This document shows, one piece after another, positions 24,969-34,082 of a stretch of 64,000 nt of DNA (within the stretch, counting starts at the first letter, position 1; every line of letters begins with the position of its first letter). The position numbers and the translations under genes were made by a program. The stretch is from sequence record OP380601.1; one strand, 5' to 3'. The notes under the pieces are model-generated. The model was not told where the DNA came from. It did not search any database and saw only the letters and a list, made by a program, of their open reading frames with translations.

Positions 24969-25324
24969 TACATATTCTCCATTTTGTTCAAAATACTATC
25001 TATGCGCGAAACCCCATCTAATAGATTTTTACGAATAACCAACATTTCATTTTTAACACTATTAAAATCATCGTTATCTGATTTTTTTGATTCTAAAAAT
25101 GTTACCGATTCTAGGAATTCTTCAACTTCATCATAGTTGAAAATTGGCTGAAATTCTTTTTGTAGATCGGTTCCTTCTATATCTATGATATTTCCACGAT
25201 TATCAATTTCTGCTTTAAAAATTGATGTACCTATAATTTTTGATATTTTAAGATTCGCTGCTGCGTTGTTCCAAGATTTATTAAAATTTTGAATTGCTTC
25301 TTCGTTTTTAAATTTATAATACAT
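24968..25324 (-). CDS. hypothetical protein antisense to the baseplate operon
   Basis: 118-aa ORF with SD GAGG. Confidence 0.65.
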   Translation of the reverse strand: MYYKFKNEEAIQNFNKSWNNAAANLKISKIIGTSIFKAEIDNRGNIIDIEGTDLQKEFQPIFNYDEVEEFLESVTFLESKKSDNDDFNSVKNEMLVIRKNLLDGVSRIDSILNKMENM

Positions 25325-25376
25325 AATTACCTCGTTTTTATATAACTAGCCCTAAATACCATAGGAGGAATTCTCA

Positions 25377-25889
25377 ATGGCGCAAATTTTAACACCTACA
25401 AACTGGAAACCTATTGTTTATGACAATGAAACCCAGATTGATAGCGTTTTTTCGTATAGCTTACTACCTACTGATAGCTTAGTAAGTTTTGAAGTAGTAC
25501 CATCTGAAGATCTGTCATCTGATGGTTTGTTCCTAGATGGTAACAGACTTCATGGACAAGTCAACGACTATTTTGATGGAAAAGTGGATTTAGTCTTGAA
25601 GTATCGGGATCGAGTTAGTTTACAGATACATCAAACCAACTCATTCGCAAGTCTACCCAACGCAAGTACCTGTGACCTTGTGGCGTTCAACCCGCCTAGC
25701 GAGTTGGTACGGGCGATCACATATACACAGACGTTGATCTATGATGACATAACCGTACCTGCTGTTCCAGTTCGTCATACGATTACCAGAAATGAAACGA
25801 TGACGATCTATGGGTCCTTTGATGGTTGGGTTTCTAAATTTCGGGCATATGTACAAGCATCTGGCCCTTTCCCAAAATTGGAGATTTAA
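25377..25889 (+). CDS. gp5.1: gp5.1-like protein
   Basis: Size and C-terminal TIYGSFDGWVSKFRAYV resemble T4 5.1; late promoter at 25352-25358. Confidence 0.7.
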   Translation: MAQILTPTNWKPIVYDNETQIDSVFSYSLLPTDSLVSFEVVPSEDLSSDGLFLDGNRLHGQVNDYFDGKVDLVLKYRDRVSLQIHQTNSFASLPNASTCDLVAFNPPSELVRAITYTQTLIYDDITVPAVPVRHTITRNETMTIYGSFDGWVSKFRAYVQASGPFPKLEI

Positions 25890-25890
25890 A

Positions 25891-26187
25891 ATGGCAGGAT
25901 TGGTATTGAGCGGAGCAAAAACAATAGGACCCGGTCCTTGGTTACCAAGTCAGGTAATAGGAACCACTTCAACGGTTTTTGCTAATGGAAGACAAATATT
26001 AGTTAGAGAAGACGATCAAGTAATCACACATATAAAACCAGGAGACGATCCTAGCCCAAAAAGTGGGTTGGTCATTGCAAGTTCAGCTAAGGTTTATATT
26101 GAAGGAAAACGAGTTGCCCAACTTGCCGATATTTGTACGGAAGGTGAAGTTATAGTTGAGTGTTCAACTAATGTATTTGTAGTTTAA
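25891..26187 (+). CDS. gp5.4: PAAR spike-tip protein
   Basis: STVFANGRQILVRED...SSAKVYIEGKRVAQLAD...STNVFV. Confidence 0.85.
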   Translation: MAGLVLSGAKTIGPGPWLPSQVIGTTSTVFANGRQILVREDDQVITHIKPGDDPSPKSGLVIASSAKVYIEGKRVAQLADICTEGEVIVECSTNVFVV

Positions 26188-26199
26188 GAGGAAAACCTT

Positions 26200-26628
26200 A
26201 TGTCTAAATTTTTCGGTAACCGGTTAAAAATAATATCTAATGAAAAAATAACGTATTATTCTGATATAGATTCTTTATTCAGACGAGATATTAAAACCAA
26301 TGACGTTTTGATGACAGTAAACGTCAGTGCTGTACAACAATCAATGGCTGGTATTATTGCAACAAGAAAAGGAGAGAAACCATTCGACCCAAATTTCGGT
26401 TGTGATATAGGAGCCCAATTATTTGAATTAATGAATGATGCATCTACTAGTGCGGTAGAACGTAGTATTTATGATGCAATACGAAATTACGAACCCAGAG
26501 CCCAAATCAGACAAGTAAAAGTTGTCCCTATGTATGATAGAAACGAATATATAGTATCTATATATTATTCTTTGATTACCGATTTGGCCCACGTTATAGA
26601 ACTTAAAATGGAACTCTCAGATGGCTAA
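26200..26628 (+). CDS. gp25: baseplate wedge / sheath initiator
   Basis: YSDID...TRKGEKPFDPNFGCDI...AIRNYEPR. Confidence 0.95.
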   Translation: MSKFFGNRLKIISNEKITYYSDIDSLFRRDIKTNDVLMTVNVSAVQQSMAGIIATRKGEKPFDPNFGCDIGAQLFELMNDASTSAVERSIYDAIRNYEPRAQIRQVKVVPMYDRNEYIVSIYYSLITDLAHVIELKMELSDG

Positions 26629-28576
26629 AATTAATGCAGTAGAAATCCCGAACGTATTTAAAGAAAGTACCTTTGATGGATTCAAACAAAAATTGAGGGA
26701 TTTCCTCAAAAACCAAAATGAATTTAAAGATTATGATTTCGAAGGATCCCGTTTAACCGTTCTTCTTGAGGCAATGTCTTACGCTCTGTTATATCATCAA
26801 CAGTTTGCTAATGGGGCATTGTTTGAAGGTTACAATCAAACGGCTCGTCTTCGTTCTTCAATAGTACAACTAGCTCAAGATATGGGATATATGCCATTTG
26901 GTACAAGCGCATCAACTAACACGATTAGATTTCAAGCATATTACAGCCCAATTGATAGTAGCCCAATATCGATAACCATTCCGAAGGGAACTAAATTTAC
27001 TGCATCTATAGAAGAAGTTGATTTTTATGATTATGTTACTTGGGAAGATGTTGAAGTTATTCGTGGTATTGATAAGCGGTATATAACCGACCTTAATTTA
27101 GTTCAGGGACGTATTATTCGTCAACAAATTACTTTCGGTAAAGACGCCAGTATTATTATTCAAGATCCAAACATAGACCGCCGTTATGTCAACGTTTATG
27201 TTAATGGGGCTAAATGGACAGATTGGACCAATAATCCTATAGTTAGAGTTGGTGGTACTTCCTCTGTATTCTATCAACGCGAAACTATAGATACTTTCAC
27301 AGAAATATATTTTGGTGAAGGCGAATCCTCAGTTGATACAAATGGTATGCTTCGTAGTAATTATGTAGGTGGTATGCGTCCGTCAGTAGGTGATACAATT
27401 GTTATTGAATATATCAATACTAAAGGGTCTGCTGCTAACGGTACACGGGGTTTTGATTATGTTGATACCATCCCCAATCTAGTGGTTGAAGTTATCGGAG
27501 AGAACCCTTATAACCCACTAGGAATTGATGATCCTAACTATGTTGGGTCTATAGGTGGTGGCGAACCAGAAGATATTGAGAGGATCCGTGCTCTTGGTCC
27601 GGTTATGCGAGAAACACAGCGTCGTTGTGTAACTGCTTCAGATTATGAGACGTTTGTATCTGCTAGATTCGGAAACATCACTCAGGCTATACAGTGCTAT
27701 ACAAACCCCGAGAAACCCGGTTATGCTTTTATAGCAATTAAACCAACTAATGGTCTTTATCTAACTACTGTTCAGAAAGAAGATATACAAAATTATCTAA
27801 GACCATACAACGTTAGTACAATTACCCCAGTGGTTCATAGTCCAAATTATATGTATGTCAAGTCCGACATTAAGGTAACTTACGCATTGAACCAGCTACC
27901 ACAAACTGAAGAGTGGTTACAAGGACAGGTATTGAACTCAATTGATCGTTATTATACAGAAGAGGTTGAGATTTTCAACGCCGGTTTCTATACATCTAAG
28001 ATGAACGGTCGTATCGATGCAACTGACGTTTCTATACTTGGTACTGAAACCAAAATAGGACTTGTGCGGGAGATAGAAAACTATTACACTAGTCCGATGG
28101 ATGGGATACGGTTTAATAATGACCTTACAGAAGGGTCAATCTATAGCTCCGAGATCAGCTATGTACACAACCAAACTACCAAATATGATGTTCATTATGT
28201 AGCAACTAAGAAAAATGGTATTTTAGACCCAACTGGGGTTGGTAATCAAAATACTGGGTTGATGTTGGTTGGTCCATTTGCAGCCGGTCATATTACGTCT
28301 GTTCCTGAATATACCGGAACTGACTTTGATAAAAAGGTTATAGATGGGAGAAGTAAATACTATTCAGTAGGGTCTGTTAATTATGAAACTGACCAAATAA
28401 ATTATGATCTTGGTGTTCTTAATAAGGATTCGGATCAGTTTATTGGTGCTTACATAGAACTTCATAGTTCCCCAATTTCTCTTAACATATTCCCGTCCGA
28501 TGGGACGTTGATTGTTTTTGAAAATAATCTCAGACCACAATATACAAACATCAAAATGAATGCGGTGGTAATTTAA
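26621..28576 (+). CDS. gp6: baseplate wedge subunit
   Basis: QNEFKDYDFEGSRLTVLL; RCVTASDYE; YFGEG. Confidence 0.95.
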   Translation: MAKINAVEIPNVFKESTFDGFKQKLRDFLKNQNEFKDYDFEGSRLTVLLEAMSYALLYHQQFANGALFEGYNQTARLRSSIVQLAQDMGYMPFGTSASTNTIRFQAYYSPIDSSPISITIPKGTKFTASIEEVDFYDYVTWEDVEVIRGIDKRYITDLNLVQGRIIRQQITFGKDASIIIQDPNIDRRYVNVYVNGAKWTDWTNNPIVRVGGTSSVFYQRETIDTFTEIYFGEGESSVDTNGMLRSNYVGGMRPSVGDTIVIEYINTKGSAANGTRGFDYVDTIPNLVVEVIGENPYNPLGIDDPNYVGSIGGGEPEDIERIRALGPVMRETQRRCVTASDYETFVSARFGNITQAIQCYTNPEKPGYAFIAIKPTNGLYLTTVQKEDIQNYLRPYNVSTITPVVHSPNYMYVKSDIKVTYALNQLPQTEEWLQGQVLNSIDRYYTEEVEIFNAGFYTSKMNGRIDATDVSILGTETKIGLVREIENYYTSPMDGIRFNNDLTEGSIYSSEISYVHNQTTKYDVHYVATKKNGILDPTGVGNQNTGLMLVGPFAAGHITSVPEYTGTDFDKKVIDGRSKYYSVGSVNYETDQINYDLGVLNKDSDQFIGAYIELHSSPISLNIFPSDGTLIVFENNLRPQYTNIKMNAVVI

Positions 28577-28577
28577 A

Positions 28578-31500
28578 ATGACTAAAGCTCCAACTATTAC
28601 AAGTTTGCGCGTGGCTATGCTAGGTGCAAACTTTATTCATCTGAAATGGGATGATGTAGGTTCTAACTTTTATTATATAGTTGAATATACGATGGTTTCT
28701 GGTGTGGTTGGTGATGACAGTTGGACTCAATTAGGGGTGGTATCCGCCCCTGAATATTTTAGTTCTTCTTTAATACCAGACACAAAATATAAATTTAGAA
28801 TAGCAACAACACATCCGGGACTTACCCAGTCTGAATGGGTATATAGTGAGGTTATCGAAACTTTTACTGAAAACGCTTATCAAGTAACTACTATGTCAAA
28901 CTTTATTCCATCGTTTGAATTTATAGACAAGAAGCTTTATAAGAACCGGTTGGATTATATTAATTTTAATTCTGATGTAATGCAAGCTAGTCTAATGAAC
29001 GAAAATTTCATATACGATCCGGGTATAGCTAACGTATCCAACGTGGAAGATAAGATTGCACAAGATGACGAATATCATGAAATTTTAGGTTCTGTTTCTA
29101 AAATATGTAGCGACTTATCTAGTATATATTTGGGTGCGAATAATAGAGTAGTCTATGCATTTGAGAAATATCAGAACTTTAGTAAAGTGACTAATGACGG
29201 TGGACAAAATTGGTATTATTACCAAGCAGTTACTGATCGTATAGGTTATCCTACGGGCAATAGTATTATGAGTCAAAACGATAATACTGCATTCTTGTTA
29301 GGTTATGATTATGCCTTTTACGGTCGTAACGTTGATGAAGTTAGATTTAGTTCAGATCTTCATTTCTGGTCTGACGACGAACTTACCTTCGTTAAAATGG
29401 ATATAGATACATCCATACCCTTCCCAACTATGGTATTTGGTTCGTTTGCTATGTATCCAGACGATATTCGCCGTAAGGTTGAATCACAGACAGTTTCCGA
29501 CCGTTGGTTATACGCAGCCGCTAATGGTGTTATGCGTAGAATTCAGCTAAGCGGTGGTCCTGTTGATAGCAACGGTAAAATATTGTGGGATCCCGATCAA
29601 TATAAAATCTGTCCAGATAATCCAAGAATAGTTATTAAAAAAATGGATGTTCTTAACAATACTTGCTATGCGCTAGTTACTGGTGAAGTTAAATCTATAA
29701 ACGATGACAAAAGAAATAAAAAACTTGTTGTTAGATCTGAATGTTCTGGTGTTTATAGATTTGATGAAACCTATGAAAAGGAAGTGTTTAGACTTGGGGA
29801 AATGAACTTAACTGATGGAGACGTTGATTTTACTAATGGTATTGATGTTGGTAGAGCCATCGCAACGTTTTTACCTGATGGTACACATGTTGGTCAAGTA
29901 AGTCCTCGCTGGGAAAATAGAATTTTCAAAGGAAAAACCCACGGGACATTAATGGACGTGGATTTTGTTACGGCGGGGAACCGAGATTCATTTAGATTTG
30001 TTGCTGATATATATTCAGACCCAGTTAATAAAATTGTTGACCCGCTTAAATATGCAAGATTTGTTGCGGATTTCGCATATCCCGCTACTTTTGATCTGTA
30101 TATGGAAGACGGTCAAATAGTGGAACCTTCAGTTCCTACTGGGGGAACGTGGACCCGAGTATTTGGTGAATCAGAACAGGAACGATTCAATATAGAACAT
30201 GAATACTCAGATATGAGTATTAATGGAGTTAAACTATTTGTTTCTGCTGCTAACTACAAATACACTGATACAGTAGTCGATTTGGACTTGCCTACTTGTT
30301 ATCCGGATGATGTATCATCCGCCGTTAAATATAGTTCAGATTATTCTTATCTGAGTAACAAAAAGATATATATGTATCAATGGGAAACCTCAGATGGTAT
30401 AACTTTTGAATTTGCGCCAGCACGGTATTATAACGAGGCTGGATTTGATTACATGGCGATTACTGGTGAACGTATTTGGAAAAACCACGAAAATAGAATA
30501 GTGTTGGTTACTCCATCAGAAAAATACCAATATACGATAGACCAGAAGCGTCAAATCAATAAGGAAGTTTGGGATGTTGGTTCTGCTACGTTTTTCTTAG
30601 ACAATATAAATTTCCAAAACTTTAGTAAATATTGTAATGGGATTTTAATTCACAAGAAATACAACCGAGAGAATGACTTGGGTGGAGAAATATTTGGATA
30701 TTATGAATTCCCATATCGGGTTCGTGATACTGCATCTATTATATGGAAGCCTGAGAATGTAGCATTACAAGCGTCATTGGTAAATCAAGAGCGTCCGGAA
30801 GTAGAGGAAGAGGAAGATATAACCGGATTGGTAGACCCAGACATTAGTCCTATGTTGCGTTTGATGGGTCCTGAATATTACTTCAACGATTCAAACTTTA
30901 CTAAGTTTGGCGAATATTATATGCAATTCCTTTCCGAAGGTTCCGATTCATTGTATGGTAAATTGCTTAACTTCGTAAAACTTAAATATCCAAGAGAGAA
31001 AGATTCTTTTGTGTATCTTTGGTCTGAAATGAGAAGACGTAATATATATCTAGATCAAAACAAACGAGATGAAGTTGTAAAATTCTTTGAGGCAAACGCC
31101 GCAAACTTTTACAGTTCAAAAGGTACTATTGATAGTTATAAGTTCCTGTTCAAGTTGCTATATAATGCAGATGTTGATATTGAAATAGAATCACAAGTCG
31201 GTGTTGATTATGATATACTGGTTAAATCAACCAATATCAGTCCAGATCTGGTTGGTAGAACTATATATACAAAAACCGGAAGGGCGAACGTAACTTATAT
31301 AGAACGGGAATTTGTTGATGGTAACCTTAGATGGAAAATCACAATTCATAACCTTATAGGTAAATTCGAAGATGGTCAAATAATCAAATCCGAATCTAAT
31401 TCTTTTGAGGGTAACATTACTCGCGGAGTTAAGGGTAAAGAACTTGCATATTCAGACATAGATTATATAAACCGAGATCGATCATATTACATCATGCGTA

Positions 31501-32093
31501 TCCGGTCAGAGCTAAATACAGCAAGATATAAGGATGATGTTATACGTTTTGTACATCCCGTAGGTTTTGGGTTTGTTGGTATTACTCTATTGACTGTATT
31601 TGTTAATGGTGGGGTGTCTATGAAACATGAAGAGACATTCGCAGAAATAAACAAGGCATATAGATGGGATTCTGGATTACCTTCTATGACCCCTAAGTTT
31701 AAAACTGTTCAAGATCCGAATAGTTCGTTTATCGACCCATTACCACTATTCGACTCAACTACTGGTTTGTTGGTTCAGGAAGAACTTACACAAACCCCAT
31801 TCAGTGTCACTGAATGGAACAACGCCATAGATGAAGACACTGGAAGCGTTTTTGAGCCAAGGGATTATGATTCCGATGAGGATGATTGGACAATAGATGG
31901 TGTTGTTTATACGCCGTCTCAGAGACGTTTAGACGGTAGTCCATTGTTTAGTTATTTTTCTAGTAGATTCACAGATCTATCTAGGTTGAGTATGAAGAGA
32001 CTTAAAGACGATCTGAGTAATCCTAGAGACGTTAGTAATTTGGTTATTCCAGAACAACCGACACAAATAAAGGTAGGTGAAAAATGTCAGTAA
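28578..32093 (+). CDS. gp7: baseplate wedge initiator
   Basis: MTKAPTITSLRV..WDDVGSNFYY; YSSKGTIDSYKFLFKLLYN; HPVGFGF. Confidence 0.95.
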   Translation: MTKAPTITSLRVAMLGANFIHLKWDDVGSNFYYIVEYTMVSGVVGDDSWTQLGVVSAPEYFSSSLIPDTKYKFRIATTHPGLTQSEWVYSEVIETFTENAYQVTTMSNFIPSFEFIDKKLYKNRLDYINFNSDVMQASLMNENFIYDPGIANVSNVEDKIAQDDEYHEILGSVSKICSDLSSIYLGANNRVVYAFEKYQNFSKVTNDGGQNWYYYQAVTDRIGYPTGNSIMSQNDNTAFLLGYDYAFYGRNVDEVRFSSDLHFWSDDELTFVKMDIDTSIPFPTMVFGSFAMYPDDIRRKVESQTVSDRWLYAAANGVMRRIQLSGGPVDSNGKILWDPDQYKICPDNPRIVIKKMDVLNNTCYALVTGEVKSINDDKRNKKLVVRSECSGVYRFDETYEKEVFRLGEMNLTDGDVDFTNGIDVGRAIATFLPDGTHVGQVSPRWENRIFKGKTHGTLMDVDFVTAGNRDSFRFVADIYSDPVNKIVDPLKYARFVADFAYPATFDLYMEDGQIVEPSVPTGGTWTRVFGESEQERFNIEHEYSDMSINGVKLFVSAANYKYTDTVVDLDLPTCYPDDVSSAVKYSSDYSYLSNKKIYMYQWETSDGITFEFAPARYYNEAGFDYMAITGERIWKNHENRIVLVTPSEKYQYTIDQKRQINKEVWDVGSATFFLDNINFQNFSKYCNGILIHKKYNRENDLGGEIFGYYEFPYRVRDTASIIWKPENVALQASLVNQERPEVEEEEDITGLVDPDISPMLRLMGPEYYFNDSNFTKFGEYYMQFLSEGSDSLYGKLLNFVKLKYPREKDSFVYLWSEMRRRNIYLDQNKRDEVVKFFEANAANFYSSKGTIDSYKFLFKLLYNADVDIEIESQVGVDYDILVKSTNISPDLVGRTIYTKTGRANVTYIEREFVDGNLRWKITIHNLIGKFEDGQIIKSESNSFEGNITRGVKGKELAYSDIDYINRDRSYYIMRIRSELNTARYKDDVIRFVHPVGFGFVGITLLTVFVNGGVSMKHEETFAEINKAYRWDSGLPSMTPKFKTVQDPNSSFIDPLPLFDSTTGLLVQEELTQTPFSVTEWNNAIDEDTGSVFEPRDYDSDEDDWTIDGVVYTPSQRRLDGSPLFSYFSSRFTDLSRLSMKRLKDDLSNPRDVSNLVIPEQPTQIKVGEKCQ

Positions 32094-33067
32094 TTTATAG
32101 AGCGGTTGTTACCAGCGATTTTAGGGTGTCCAACTTGCTTAACTTCTATGCTTTAGTGGGGGACGACCCCACTAAAAATACACTTTATGCTTATTTTGGT
32201 AGGGATCAGGCTTGGGCGGATAATGAATCCGACCCTAAATTTGCGCCCCCATATCCAGATGATACAACCGAGGGGTATTCTGACGTATGGGCTAGAATGT
32301 TGGGAGCTGTTAAGATACAGAAAGAAATGATTCGTCCGGTAGTACCTCGTAATGATTGGGGTGACCAGCGATATTCAAATCCATACACTTTCCGTATCAA
32401 TGATATAGTAGTTACAAACACAGCACCATATAACAGAACTGAAATTGGCTCCGGTTGGATTGTTTATCGGTGTGTGGATGTTCCGGAAGATGGGGCTTGT
32501 TCGATTACGTCCATAGTTAATAAAACTGATTGTTTAAAAGTTGGTGGAGAATGGACGCCATCACACGAAAGTATATTGCCTGTTGGTAAATCTGATGGTG
32601 TAGATATGAAAGATGGGTATATATGGGAATATCTTTATACAATACCATCTGATGTTGCTATAAACGATTGTTCTAACGAATATATTGTTGTACCTACTCC
32701 CGACGAGCTTAAAGCAGATCCATCCGCTTGGGGATATCAACATGTTATAACTTGGTATCCTAATGATTATAATCTGTTGAATAGAATCAGATGTAGCACT
32801 TTGAGATTCCGTGCTTATTTCGATAGTTATAATTTTCCAGCTTCTAGTAAAATAGGAAATACTGGGTTTAGGCAAATGGGGATTATTTATAACCCACTAC
32901 TCGCTAAAGTAAATCCAAGCGATCCGGACGTAAAAGCAACTGCAATGAGTTATGTTCCTTCTCAGTTGGAACGACACACAGGAAATATTATATACATGGA
33001 TAATAGACAACCGGTAATTCGTTCAAGAGATCAAACTGAAGAATTTAACGTAGTTTTCAGTTTTTAA
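32084..33067 (+). CDS. gp8: baseplate wedge subunit
   Basis: VIYRAVVTSDFR..., PPYPDD, DGYIWEYLYTIP, IIYMDNRQPVIRS. Confidence 0.95.
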   Translation: MSVIYRAVVTSDFRVSNLLNFYALVGDDPTKNTLYAYFGRDQAWADNESDPKFAPPYPDDTTEGYSDVWARMLGAVKIQKEMIRPVVPRNDWGDQRYSNPYTFRINDIVVTNTAPYNRTEIGSGWIVYRCVDVPEDGACSITSIVNKTDCLKVGGEWTPSHESILPVGKSDGVDMKDGYIWEYLYTIPSDVAINDCSNEYIVVPTPDELKADPSAWGYQHVITWYPNDYNLLNRIRCSTLRFRAYFDSYNFPASSKIGNTGFRQMGIIYNPLLAKVNPSDPDVKATAMSYVPSQLERHTGNIIYMDNRQPVIRSRDQTEEFNVVFSF

Positions 33068-33101
33068 TAAAAATCCCTAGTCTTTATGGCTGGGGATTTT
33101 T
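33068..33101 (+). terminator. intrinsic terminator
   Basis: AAAATCCCTAGTC/GGCTGGGGATTTT. Confidence 0.65.
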
Positions 33102-33150
33102 ATTTTCAAATCCCTAAATACTAAAGTAATCTATTAACGAGGATAAAATA

Positions 33151-34077
33151 ATGTCGATTCAAAAACCAAAAGAGTTAATCGATACTGGTATACGTGGTCA
33201 AGAGGGAACCGGTGATACACTATTTGATGGTGGTGAAAAATTAAACTCAGATTTAAATAGTATGTGGAACGTGTTCGGTGATTACCGAATTGGTAAAACT
33301 TCTGGATTCGGAAACCGAGTACAAACTTTACACGGGACTGGATATTACCAGAAACATACTAGAGCTTATTACGCCGGTTCTGAACAGCCTTCTGGAAACC
33401 CTGTAGATTTTGGGTCCATGCATGATATATCAGTTACAAGAGATGGGGCGGGGGATATTACAATAAACCTACCCGCTGGAAGTGGTCATGCAGGTGAATG
33501 TATTGAGTTCGTGAATACTGATGGTTCTGTAGGGTTTGGTACTGGTCGTGAGGTAATTATTAAAACTACTGGAACTGGCGATTCTATTGGATCACTTGGT
33601 AACCGAATTGTTATTAATAGAACCAACTTTAGAATTCGGTTGTGGGTTACAGAAGGTAGTCCGGCTGGGTCTAAATGGAATTATAAACTGGATTCGATGT
33701 TCGGTGATAGCGCAACGTCCTATGCCGCCAACATTCTTAATATCGCGGCGGGCGCTCAACGTAACGTGGTTCTTTTTAACAAAGCACAATACAACGTAGT
33801 CAAACATATGCTATTTGTTACTCAACGTGGTGCTTCTGTTCATCAAGAAGCATGTGAAACTTTGTTGATGGTAAATAATACCAGTAATACAGACACTAAT
33901 GTATATTCAACTGAATATGCACGTATACGAACTAGAACTCCATCAAAGCCAGAAGATAATCTTCTATTTGATGCAACTTACAGTATAACTGGAAGTTCTG
34001 TTATTTTGACAGTAACTAATATCAGTCAAACAGCAATAGATGTATACGTTAAATCTATTGATGCAATCGGGGCATAA
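33151..34077 (+). CDS. gp9: baseplate wedge tail fiber connector
   Basis: QKPKELIDTG..GTGDTLFDGGEKLN; HGTGYYQKH; late promoter at 33114-33120. Confidence 0.95.
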   Translation: MSIQKPKELIDTGIRGQEGTGDTLFDGGEKLNSDLNSMWNVFGDYRIGKTSGFGNRVQTLHGTGYYQKHTRAYYAGSEQPSGNPVDFGSMHDISVTRDGAGDITINLPAGSGHAGECIEFVNTDGSVGFGTGREVIIKTTGTGDSIGSLGNRIVINRTNFRIRLWVTEGSPAGSKWNYKLDSMFGDSATSYAANILNIAAGAQRNVVLFNKAQYNVVKHMLFVTQRGASVHQEACETLLMVNNTSNTDTNVYSTEYARIRTRTPSKPEDNLLFDATYSITGSSVILTVTNISQTAIDVYVKSIDAIGA

Positions 34078-34082
34078 TAACG

